Positions 1-8,096 are shown, counted from the stretch's first letter. The stretch: 64,000 bases of DNA from an uncultured Bacillota bacterium (GCA_905212975.1 CAJMGO010000007.1:1699-65698); one strand, 5' to 3'. Numbers and translations: made by a program. Notes: generated from the sequence alone by a model not told the origin.

Positions 1-2040
1 TTAAAGATTATATTACTGTTTAGTTTTATACTAAGTATAGTTATTTTATTTTTTAGGATTAAAAATGATTCAGTAGAGGAAAGCAATATTACTAGTATAG
101 ATGGTATAGTAAAAGAATATAGCGTTGATGGAGATAAATTAAATATTATTATAGATAATTATAAAGTTATTTATTATTTTAAGAGTGAAAAAGAACTGAA
201 TGATTTTAATATATCATATGGGGATAAAATTAAATTTATAGGTAATTCTTATATACCTAAAAATAATACAAATTTTAATATGTTTAATTATAGGTTATAT
301 TTAAAGAGTAAAAAGATCAATTATATTTTTAATGCAGACAAATATACTGTTATAAAACATAATAAAAATATATTTTATAAAATAAAACAATCTATAAAAG
401 ATAGAATAGAGAGAAATAATAGTAGTATTTATTTAAAATTATTTTTACTTGGAAATAAAGAAGAATTAGATTATAATATAAGCTCTACATATTCAAATAA
501 TGGAATCAGTCATTTATTTGCTGTATCTGGTATGCATATATCTTTACTTACACTTATAATTTATTTAATACTTAATAAATTTATAAAAAATAAAATACTA
601 AATAATATTATAGTATCTATATTTTTAGTATTTTTTTCATTTTTAACTTCTTTTTCTTCTTCTGTATTAAGAGCAGTAATGTTATTTATTTTGTGCAAAA
701 TATTTAAAAGAATCAAAACTCAATATATACTTTTGATTATATTTATGTCACTTATTTTGTATAATCCGTTTTATATTTATGATATAGGCTTTTTATATAG
801 TTTTATTATAACTTTTGGTTTAATTATTTTTTCAGATAAAATAAATGGTAAAAATTATTTTATAAAAGTTTTTAAAACATCTTTAATTTCATTTTTATTA
901 GGTATACCAATATCTATATTAAATTTTCATGAAATAAACTTAATTAGTCCAATATTAAATATTATCTTTGTTCCATTTATTTCTTTTATAATATTTCCTC
1001 TTTCTATTATTACATTTGTATTTCCAACCTTATCTTGTATATTTAATTTTTTTATAAATATACTTGAAGGATTATCAATTTTTTTTAATAATATAACTTA
1101 TTTTAAATTAATACTTAAACATGTGAGCTTATTTTATATATTTTTATATTATTTTGTTATAACATTTATATTGTATAAAAATAAAGTAAAGTATTATGTT
1201 TTGTTTTTATTTATTTTGATTATTCATTCAAATATAAATTATATAAATAATAACTTTTATCTAACTATGTTAGATGTTGGACAAGGGGATTCTATTCTTA
1301 TTGAATTACCACATAATTCTTTAAATATATTGATTGATACAGGAGGTAAGTTTAAATATAATAATGACGTATGGAAAGTAAAAAAGAAAGAATATTCAAT
1401 TGCTTCATCTATTACAATCCCTTATTTAAAATCAAGAGGTATTAAAAAAATAGATTATTTAATACTTACTCATGGGGACTATGACCATATGGGAGAAGCA
1501 ATTAACTTAGTTAATAATTTTAAAATAGAGAGTGTAATATTTAATTGTGGAGAGTTAAATGATTTAGAGAAAAAATTAACTAAAGTATTGAATCAAAAAA
1601 ACATAAAACATGAAATGTGTATTAATAATATAAAAAAGGATAACTATAATTTAGAATTTTTAAATACAAGAATTTATGGTAATGAAAATGATAGTAGTAG
1701 TGTTATTTATACAGAACTTAATGGTTATAAATTTATGTTTATGGGAGATGCTGGGGTAGAAAGAGAAAAAGATATTCTAGATAAATATAATTTATCAGAT
1801 ATTGATGTTTTAAAAGTAGGACATCATGGATCTAATACAAGTAGTAGTGAGAATTTTATAAAGAATATTAGTCCTAAATATAGTTTAATATCTGTTGGAG
1901 AAAACAATAGATATGGACATCCAAAAGATAGTGTTTTAAATATATTAAGAAATAGTAAAATTTATAGAACAGATCAAGATGGTAGTATCATGTTTAAGAT
2001 TAGGAATAATAAATTAAAAATAAAGACTTGCAATCCATAG
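1..2040 (+). CDS. comEC: DNA internalization competence protein ComEC/Rec2 (5' partial; open from window edge)
   Basis: Frame 1 is open from nt 1 to the stop at 2040. Polytopic membrane region with SHLFAVSGMHIS. C-terminal metallo-beta-lactamase fold with HGDYDHMGE and VGHHGS motifs. Confidence 0.88.
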   Translation, partial: LKIILLFSFILSIVILFFRIKNDSVEESNITSIDGIVKEYSVDGDKLNIIIDNYKVIYYFKSEKELNDFNISYGDKIKFIGNSYIPKNNTNFNMFNYRLYLKSKKINYIFNADKYTVIKHNKNIFYKIKQSIKDRIERNNSSIYLKLFLLGNKEELDYNISSTYSNNGISHLFAVSGMHISLLTLIIYLILNKFIKNKILNNIIVSIFLVFFSFLTSFSSSVLRAVMLFILCKIFKRIKTQYILLIIFMSLILYNPFYIYDIGFLYSFIITFGLIIFSDKINGKNYFIKVFKTSLISFLLGIPISILNFHEINLISPILNIIFVPFISFIIFPLSIITFVFPTLSCIFNFFINILEGLSIFFNNITYFKLILKHVSLFYIFLYYFVITFILYKNKVKYYVLFLFILIIHSNINYINNNFYLTMLDVGQGDSILIELPHNSLNILIDTGGKFKYNNDVWKVKKKEYSIASSITIPYLKSRGIKKIDYLILTHGDYDHMGEAINLVNNFKIESVIFNCGELNDLEKKLTKVLNQKNIKHEMCINNIKKDNYNLEFLNTRIYGNENDSSSVIYTELNGYKFMFMGDAGVEREKDILDKYNLSDIDVLKVGHHGSNTSSSENFIKNISPKYSLISVGENNRYGHPKDSVLNILRNSKIYRTDQDGSIMFKIRNNKLKIKTCNP

Positions 2041-2056
2041 AAAGGAAGCTGATAAA

Positions 2057-2875
2057 ATGAATGAAATAAAAGAATATACAACAAAATTATTTGAAGATAT
2101 AAAACATATAGATGAACAAGATAATGAATATTGGTTAGCAAGAGAATTACAAAAAGTTTTAAGATATAATCAGTGGCGAAGTATAAATGATTTAATTGAA
2201 AGAGCTAAAGTTGCTTGTAAAGAAAGTAATAATAACGAAGATGATCATTTTGCGTTACAACGCAAAATGATAAAATTAGCAAAAGGTGCAACAAGAAAAG
2301 TTATAGATTATAAATTATCTAGATATGCATGTTATTTAATAGTAATGAATGGTAATCCTAGGAAAGACATTATAGCTTTAGGACAAACATATTTTGCCAT
2401 TCAAACAAGAAAGCAGGAATTATCAGAAAAAGAGTATAATAATCTTACTGAAGATGAGAAAAGACTATATCGAAGAAATCAAGCAAGAAAAGGTAATTAT
2501 AATTTAAATCAAACAGCAGTTAATAGTGGAGTAAAGGATTTGGCTAGATTTCATAATGCAGGATATAAAGGACTGTATAATGGAGAAACTGCAGATGATA
2601 TATTTAAAAGAAAGAAACTAAGATATAGAGAAGATATACTAGACAATATGGGTAGTGAAGAACTAGCTGATAATATATTCAGGATTGCTCAAACAGATGC
2701 CAAATTAAAAAGAGATAATGTAGATAATGAATATACGGCTAATAGTGTTCACTATGAAATAGGCAAGAAAGTAAGAAAGATAATTGAAGACATGGGTGGA
2801 ATCATGCCAGAAAATTTACCAATTCCAGATAAAAGTTTAAAAGAATTAGAAAAAGAAACTAAAAATAATAAGTGA
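2057..2875 (+). CDS. DinD-family protein (DNA-damage-inducible protein D-like)
   Basis: 272 aa. Motifs LSRYACYL, GQTYFAIQTRKQEL, DEKRL, NMGSEELADNIFR, TDAKLKRD and GGIMPENLPIPD match enterobacterial DinD as I recall it. An RBS lies 8 nt upstream. Confidence 0.6.
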   Translation: MNEIKEYTTKLFEDIKHIDEQDNEYWLARELQKVLRYNQWRSINDLIERAKVACKESNNNEDDHFALQRKMIKLAKGATRKVIDYKLSRYACYLIVMNGNPRKDIIALGQTYFAIQTRKQELSEKEYNNLTEDEKRLYRRNQARKGNYNLNQTAVNSGVKDLARFHNAGYKGLYNGETADDIFKRKKLRYREDILDNMGSEELADNIFRIAQTDAKLKRDNVDNEYTANSVHYEIGKKVRKIIEDMGGIMPENLPIPDKSLKELEKETKNNK

Positions 2876-2954
2876 AACATTATATAATTAATATGGCAAT
2901 AAACAGTTGTTAAATTAGCTGCTTTTCTTTGCTTAAATTCTTATACATAAACGT

Positions 2955-3530
2955 ATGCTACCACATGGTGATTATGATTATATTGGCGAGGCTGTAAATC
3001 TTTTTAATATTTTGAAAGTTAAAAAAGTAGTCTTTAACTGTGGGGAGTTTAATACTTTAGAATCTAGTTTAATAAAAGTTTTAGAAGCAAAAAAATTTCA
3101 TATCAGTCATGTATTAATAAACTTGGTATTGATAACTACCAATTAAACTTTTTAAATGCAAAAGTATTTTGTGATGAAAATAATAATAGTAATGTTATTT
3201 ATACAGATTTTAATGATATAAGTTTATGTTTATGGAATATGCGGGAATTGAACAAGAAAAAGATATTTTAGATAAGTATAACTTAGCAAATATTGAAGTA
3301 TTAAAAGTAGACATCATGGGAGTAAGACAAGTAGTAGTAAAGAGTTTATAGATGAAATAAATCCAAATTATTCCATTATTAGTGTTGGCAAAAACAACAG
3401 ATAAGGTCATCCCAATAAAGAAGTATTAAATAATTTGAGTGATTCAAAAATTTATAGAACGGATCAAGAGGGTAGTATCATGTTTAAGATTAGGAATAAT
3501 AAATTAAAAATAAAGACTTGTAGTTCGTAG
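2955..3530 (+). pseudogene. Decayed duplicate of the comEC 3' region (copy A): HGDYDYIGEAVNLF ... YRTDQEGSIMFKIRNNKLKIKTCSS, with several frameshifts and stops
   Basis: About 70-75% amino-acid identity to ComEC residues about 395-586 when read across three frames. Nt 3450-3530 are nearly identical to 1960-2040. ORF-track entries 2955..3146(+) and 3210..3410(-) are fragments or artefacts of this. Confidence 0.8.
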
Positions 3531-3535
3531 AAAAA

Positions 3536-3554
3536 GTGTCGCAAAATGCGACAC
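3536..3554. repeat. Perfect GC-rich inverted repeat GTGTCGCA-aaa-TGCGACAC at the module-1 junction
   Basis: Read directly. The 8-bp arms are unusual in a 26% GC context. It sits immediately after the comEC-copy stop (3528-3530). Confidence 0.7.
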
Positions 3555-3574
3555 AATTAAGAAAGAAGTTAGAT

Positions 3575-4483
3575 ATGAATTATTATGATCAAATAAAAGG
3601 ATTATTAATAAGCAACGAAGTATATAAGAAAGTAAAGGATTATAGTAAGAACAAGAGTGATGTTGAAACATATTATAATGTTGGAAAGTTAATTATTGAA
3701 GCCCAAGGTGGAGAAAAAAGAGCTAAATATGGCGATGGTTTAATAAAAGAATATTCACAAAGATTAATAATAGAATTAAATGATAAAAAATATAGTTATA
3801 GAAATCTTATGAATATGAGAAAATTTTATTTGTTATTTAGAGATAAAAAAGTGAACGCGCTGCGTTCACAATTGAGTTGGAGCCATTATCGTGAATTACT
3901 ATCAATTAAAAATTTTGATGAAATAATATATTATATAAATTTAGCTATATCAAATAGTCTTGGATATAGAGAGTTAGCAACAAGAATAAAGAATAATGAA
4001 TATAAAAGACTACCAATTGAAACTAAAAATAAATTGATTCTTGATGATAAACTTGAAGTAAAAGATTTGGTGCCAAATCCTATACTAATTAGAAATAAAA
4101 ATAATATTGAAATAGTTACTGAGAAAGCATTACATAATTTAATATTAGAAGATATTGAATCATTTATGAAAGACCTTGGGAATTCATTTAGTTTTATTGG
4201 TAGCAAATATAAAATCAAAATAGGTGACAGAAATCACTATATTGATTTATTGCTTTTCAATATAAAATACAATTGTTATGTAGTAGTTGAATTAAAAGTA
4301 ACAGAGTTTAAGGTAGAATATATTGCGCAAGTTCAAAAATATATGAATTATATAGATAAAAATGTAAAAGAAATAAGTAATAATTCTACTATTGGAATAT
4401 TAATATGTAAGAGAGAAAATAAATTTGTTATAGAATATTGTTCAGATGAAAGAATTGCTGTTAGAGAATATGAATTAGTGTGA
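3575..4483 (+). CDS. DUF1016 / YhcG-like PD-(D/E)xK nuclease family protein (alternative GTG start at 3536)
   Basis: The LSWSHYRELL motif is typical of the DUF1016 N-domain. The C-terminal IDLLLFN...CYVVVELK is a D...E-x-K nuclease core. The MNYY start matches the paralogous remnant at 5525. Confidence 0.75.
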   Translation: MNYYDQIKGLLISNEVYKKVKDYSKNKSDVETYYNVGKLIIEAQGGEKRAKYGDGLIKEYSQRLIIELNDKKYSYRNLMNMRKFYLLFRDKKVNALRSQLSWSHYRELLSIKNFDEIIYYINLAISNSLGYRELATRIKNNEYKRLPIETKNKLILDDKLEVKDLVPNPILIRNKNNIEIVTEKALHNLILEDIESFMKDLGNSFSFIGSKYKIKIGDRNHYIDLLLFNIKYNCYVVVELKVTEFKVEYIAQVQKYMNYIDKNVKEISNNSTIGILICKRENKFVIEYCSDERIAVREYELV

Positions 4484-4489
4484 TATAAT
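4481..4489 (+). promoter_or_regulatory. Extended -10 promoter TGaTATAAT overlapping the yhcG-like stop (GTGTGATATAAT), facing the cargo gene
   Basis: The identical 12-mer is found at 5880-5891 and 6932-6943 in the same relative position. RBS AGGTGG and an ATG at 4515 follow at the appropriate distance. Confidence 0.55.
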
Positions 4490-4514
4490 ATTAATTAGTT
4501 TGTAGGTGGTTTTG

Positions 4515-4991
4515 ATGATTATTAAAGGAACAAGTTGTTATGCAAGTGCCAAAGCCGGCAATTTAGTATCAATTACTGGTGATGGTGGAAATGCCTGGGG
4601 TTTTTATGGTAATGCATATAAGAAAATGTCTCCAAAATTATATTTATGGCAATATTATGATCGAAATACCGATAATTTATCAGAAGATGAATTAATTGAT
4701 TGGTATATAAAAGAATTTTATGATTTAAGGCTGAAAGACTTAAATCCATATGAATTAATGGATACTTTAAAACAAAAATTTGGAGAGGAAATAATATTGC
4801 TTTGTCATGAGTTGCCTGGATTAGAAATAAATAAAGAACATTTTTGCCATAGAAGATTATTAGCAGATTGGATTGAACTTGAAACGGGTATTGTAATTCC
4901 TGAATTATCAATTAATGAATCTGGTGAGATTACCCAAGAAGAAATTTATGATCTCAAACCAAGAATAAAAAAACTAATTAAAAAAGATTAA
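4515..4991 (+). CDS. Hypothetical protein, possibly DUF488-like (cargo 1)
   Basis: RBS AGGTGG lies 6 nt upstream. The C-terminal FCHRRLLADWIE resembles the conserved C-terminal motif of DUF488/YeaO proteins. The assignment is tentative. Confidence 0.5.
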   Translation: MIIKGTSCYASAKAGNLVSITGDGGNAWGFYGNAYKKMSPKLYLWQYYDRNTDNLSEDELIDWYIKEFYDLRLKDLNPYELMDTLKQKFGEEIILLCHELPGLEINKEHFCHRRLLADWIELETGIVIPELSINESGEITQEEIYDLKPRIKKLIKKD

Positions 4992-5022
4992 AGAATTATC
5001 ATAATGGTAATTCTTTTTCTTT
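4992..5022 (+). terminator. Rho-independent terminator (AGAATTATCAT-a-ATGGTAATTCT + TTTTCTTT)
   Basis: 11-bp stem with one mismatch followed by a T-run. A near-identical terminator follows cargo 2 at 6570-6598. Confidence 0.55.
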
Positions 5023-5044
5023 AGTGTTATTTGACTTACTTTTT

Positions 5045-5513
5045 GACAATCACCACATGGTGATTATGACCATATGGGTGAAGCTATTAATTTAGTTAAT
5101 AAATTAAAAAAAGATAATTATAATTTAGAGTTTTTAAATACAAAATTTATGATAATGAAAATGATAGCAGTAGTGTTATTTATTTGAACTATAATGATTA
5201 TAAGTTTTTATTTATGGGAGATGCTGGTGTAGGAAGAGAAAAAGATATTCTAGATAAATATAACTTATCAGATATTGATGTCTTAAAAGTAGGACATCAT
5301 GGTAGTAAGACAAGTAGTAGTAAAGAATTAATTAATGAAATAAAACCTAATTATTCTATAATTAGTGTTGGGAAGGACAATCGTTATGGTTATCCGAATA
5401 AAGAAGTATTAGATAATATAGAAGATTCAAAAATATATAGAACAGATCAAGTTGGTAGTATCATGTTTAAAATTAAAAATAATAAATTGAAAATAGAGAC
5501 TTGTAGTTTATAG
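5045..5513 (+). pseudogene. Decayed duplicate of the comEC 3' region (copy B): HGDYDHMGEAINLVN, then an internal deletion and a frameshift; the last 109 codons are intact (ORF 5184..5513)
   Basis: Direct alignment to ComEC 395-586. The deletion joins NLVNK to KDNYNLEFLN. The tail reads YKFLFMGDAGVGREKDILDKYNLSDIDVLKVGHHGSKTSSS... Confidence 0.8.
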
Positions 5514-5524
5514 GAAGGAGTAAT

Positions 5525-5885
5525 ATGAACTATTATAATGAAATTAAAAATGAATTAATAAATAATGAAATAAATAGAAAAGTTAAAAGTTATTCAATTA
5601 ATAAAAGTGATTTAAATACTTACTATAATGTCGGTAAGTTATTACTAGCTGTGGGTAATCAATATGGAGAAAGTATTATTAAAGAGTATTCAATTAAGAG
5701 AAAGAATAAAATCTAATGAATATGAAAGGCTTCCGGAATCTACTAAAAATAAATCAGTAGAACAAAAAGAATCCGATATAGTTGATTTTATCAAGAATCC
5801 AATTTTGATTAAGAATGATAATAAATATGTAATTAAATATTGCTCTGATGAGAGAATAATTGCTAGAAAATATGAATTGGTGTGA
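5525..5885 (+). pseudogene. Truncated or internally deleted yhcG-like (DUF1016) gene: N-terminal 60 aa plus C-terminal about 70 aa in different frames
   Basis: MNYYNEIKNELINNE...YYNVGKLL matches the N-terminus of the 3575-4483 protein. The tail ...NPILIKNDNKYVIKYCSDERIIARKYELV matches its C-terminus. Confidence 0.75.
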
Positions 5886-5891
5886 TATAAT
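5883..5891 (+). promoter_or_regulatory. Extended -10 promoter (TGTGATATAAT), second copy
   Basis: Same 12-mer GTGTGATATAAT fused to the ...YELV stop. GGAG RBS and an ATG at 5916 lie downstream. Confidence 0.5.
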
Positions 5892-5915
5892 AGATATAGA
5901 TTTGGAGATGATTAG

Positions 5916-6563
5916 ATGAAAATCGAACTTAGTAATTTTACTATTGAATATGACAAAGAGATTGATTATATGTCAAATATAATTTCAACATTAGAAAACA
6001 ATACCATTGAAATTTTAGAATTTTTTGAACTTGAAAAACTTTCTCAAAAAAAGAAAGTAGTGATTTTTACTGATAGAGAAAAATATAAGAAACATTTGTT
6101 GCCATTTGTAAAAGAATTTAAAGAATGGATGTGTGCAGATACATACGATGGTAATATTAACTTGTTAGAAATGTCTGAAGCAAGAAAATCTAAAGAACAT
6201 GAAGATATGGATATGGATGAATTTATAAAATGCATACTACATGAGTTTGTGCATTCATGTCAGCAAGAGTGGAATGAAAATTCTGAGGGTGTTAGTTGGT
6301 ATTGGGAAGCATTGGCAACTAATTTAAGTAATCAAGATTATTCAACAGTTAGTTTAGAAGATTGTGATTTTGAAAAATTAAAAAGTGATTTTAATGGAAC
6401 AGAAAACGGGTATAGTTACTCATATACTTTAGGAAAATACATGCTAGAAAATTATTCTAAAGAAAAATTGTTAGAATACGTTAAGAATCCAGATTTGTTA
6501 AAGCAAGATGCAAATCACATATTTGAAACAGTCAAACAATCACAAAAAAATAAAAAATTATAG
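5916..6563 (+). CDS. Hypothetical HExxH (zincin-like) protein (cargo 2)
   Basis: 215 aa with an HEFVH motif (ILHEFVHSCQQEW) and a downstream Glu (WYWEALA). RBS GGAG. I recognise no other domain. Confidence 0.55.
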   Translation: MKIELSNFTIEYDKEIDYMSNIISTLENNTIEILEFFELEKLSQKKKVVIFTDREKYKKHLLPFVKEFKEWMCADTYDGNINLLEMSEARKSKEHEDMDMDEFIKCILHEFVHSCQQEWNENSEGVSWYWEALATNLSNQDYSTVSLEDCDFEKLKSDFNGTENGYSYSYTLGKYMLENYSKEKLLEYVKNPDLLKQDANHIFETVKQSQKNKKL

Positions 6564-6569
6564 AAATAG

Positions 6570-6598
6570 GAATTATCAATTTGATAGTTCTTTTTATT
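6570..6598 (+). terminator. Rho-independent terminator (GAATTATCAA-t-TTGATAGTTC + TTTTTATT)
   Basis: Stem-loop plus T-run immediately after the stop at 6563. It is paralogous to the 4992-5022 terminator. Confidence 0.5.
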
Positions 6599-6624
6599 CG
6601 ACTTACTTTTTGACAACAACTACA

Positions 6625-6937
6625 TTGGACTATGATCATATGGGTGAAGCTATTAATTTAGTTAATAATTTTAAAATAGAGAGTGTAATATTTAATTGTG
6701 GAGAGTTAAATGATTTAGAAAAAATTAACTAAAGTATTGAATCAAAAAAACATAAAACATGAAATATGTATTAATAATATAAAAGAAGATAACTATAATT
6801 TAGAATTTTTAAATACAAAAATTTATGACAATGAAAATGATACAGTTAGAATTATTATTTGTAAATATAATAATGAGTATGTTATTAAATATTATTCGGA
6901 TGATAGAATAATCGTTAGAGAATATGAGTTAGTGTGA
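6625..6937 (+). pseudogene. Chimeric remnant: comEC 3' copy C (DYDHMGEAINLVNNFKIESVIFNCGELNDLEK...NENDT) fused to the last about 25 codons of a yhcG-like gene (...YVIKYYSDDRIIVREYELV)
   Basis: The first 150 nt are near-identical to comEC 1480-1570 apart from a 1-nt loss in an A-run. ORFs 6508..6732 and 6737..6937 are fragments of it. Confidence 0.75.
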
Positions 6938-6943
6938 TATAAT
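6935..6943 (+). promoter_or_regulatory. Extended -10 promoter (TGTGATATAAT), third copy
   Basis: Same 12-mer. The first ATGs of cargo 3 (6948 to 6963) lie within 5-20 nt, so the transcript may be leaderless or the start lies further downstream. Confidence 0.4.
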
Positions 6944-6947
6944 TAAA

Positions 6948-7586
6948 ATGGATGTGATGATGATGAATTTTAAACAAGAAATTAATGAATTAGAAATGTT
7001 TAATTGTTGTGATGATTTTGTTTTTTATAAAGGTGAAATTCCTATATTATTTTCTGCACCTCATACTATGAGGCAAAAAAAGGAAGATGGAAGTATAAAA
7101 TCATCTGAACCTTATACTAAAGCAATAGCATTATATTTAAATAAGTATTTTAATGTATTTTCAATTGTTAAGATTAATGATACTGGTCTTGATTCAAACC
7201 GCGATAATGATGATAATTATAAAAAAGAATTAATGAAAATAGTTAAAGAAAATAATATAAAATTAGTTATTGATCTTCACGGTGCTTCAAAAGAAAGGAA
7301 TTTTGATGTTGAATTTGGTACGTTAAATAATTTGTCAATAGATTTTTCTACGATAAAAGAGTTGGAAGATGCTTTTAAAGAAAATGGAATAAAAAATGTC
7401 TTATATAATGCACCATTTAAAGGTGGTGCGATTACTCAATATTTATATGGTATAAATGATATTGATGTAGTGCAAATAGAAATTAATGGAAAATATAGAA
7501 ATTCAGATAATATTGATTTATTAAAAAAGATTATTGATTCATTAGTAAATTTTATACATCAGTATAATACGTATATAAATAGATAA
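6948..7586 (+). CDS. Hypothetical hydrolase, possibly N-formylglutamate amidohydrolase (FGase) family-like (cargo 3)
   Basis: ILFSAPHT ... LVIDLHGASKER is reminiscent of the FGase/zinc-hydrolase HxxP...DLHS pattern. The start codon is uncertain (6948-6963). Confidence 0.45.
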   Translation: MDVMMMNFKQEINELEMFNCCDDFVFYKGEIPILFSAPHTMRQKKEDGSIKSSEPYTKAIALYLNKYFNVFSIVKINDTGLDSNRDNDDNYKKELMKIVKENNIKLVIDLHGASKERNFDVEFGTLNNLSIDFSTIKELEDAFKENGIKNVLYNAPFKGGAITQYLYGINDIDVVQIEINGKYRNSDNIDLLKKIIDSLVNFIHQYNTYINR

Positions 7587-7900
7587 TTAGGTTAGTGAAT
7601 ATGAATATTAATAGAATCTATATAGAATATTTAGAAAATAATAAATTTATAAAAAAATATAAATATAAACGCTGATAAACTATTTAAATTTATAGGAATT
7701 TTGAATTTATAGAAGATAATTTAATAATATAGAATATGATGTTATAATAAAAAAATAAAATAGTGTATTATTATGCATGTTTTTTTGTATAGTGTGTAAA
7801 CTTATAATGTATACAATAAAAAATAATTAGCATATAATATTATGTGTGTTATGAAGGGTAATATTGTTTGTACGCTACAGCAAATAGCGTTTATATAGAT

Positions 7901-7928
7901 AGAGAACAAATTTGTTCTCTTTTTTTTA
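7901..7928. terminator. Perfect 20-nt palindrome AGAGAACAAATTTGTTCTCT + T7 (terminator, possibly bidirectional)
   Basis: Read directly from the sequence. Confidence 0.55.
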
Positions 7929-7976
7929 AATTTATATTGAATAAAAAAAATTTTATGTTATAATTATTTATGTAAT

Positions 7977-8053
7977 GTCTCCTTAGCTCAGTTGGCTAGA
8001 GCACGTGACTCTTAATCTCGGGGTCCAGGGTTCGAATCCCTGAGGGGACACCA
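7977..8053 (+). tRNA. tRNA-Lys (anticodon CUU)
   Basis: Manual cloverleaf. Acceptor GTCTCCT/AGGGGAC. D arm GCTC/GAGC. Anticodon loop CTCTTAA. T arm CAGGG-TTCGAAT-CCCTG. Encoded CCA. One T-T mismatch in the anticodon stem. Upstream TTGAAT-16-TATAAT promoter. Confidence 0.85.
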
Positions 8054-8063
8054 TTATGAAAAT

Positions 8064-8096
8064 AACCGTTGAAATTCAGCGGTTTTTTATTTTTTT
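8064..8096 (+). terminator. Rho-independent terminator after tRNA-Lys (AACCGTTGA-aat-TCAGCGGTT + T-run)
   Basis: Stem-loop with one wobble pair, followed by TTTTTATTTTTTT. Confidence 0.6.

Noticed and set aside
2955-3410. ORFs 2955..3146(+) and 3210..3410(-) as independent genes
   Set aside because: The + ORF is simply the first in-frame stretch of the frameshifted comEC 3' pseudo-copy. The - ORF is antisense to the same pseudo-copy.
3851-3869. GAACGCGCTGCGTTC read as a LexA (Cheo) box that would make the locus SOS-regulated
   Set aside because: The Firmicute Cheo box is GAAC-N4-GTTC. Here the half-sites are separated by 7 nt, and the element lies inside a coding region. It is kept only as an unexplained palindrome.
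3931-4911. Minus-strand ORFs 3931..4218 and 4573..4911
   Set aside because: They are antisense to the yhcG-like gene and the DUF488-like cargo gene respectively. No independent support.
7590-7976. Small ORF MNINRIYIEYLENNKFIKKYKYKR at about 7600-7677 in the AT-rich spacer
   Set aside because: 25 codons with no convincing RBS. The region is better explained as the terminator/promoter spacer for tRNA-Lys.
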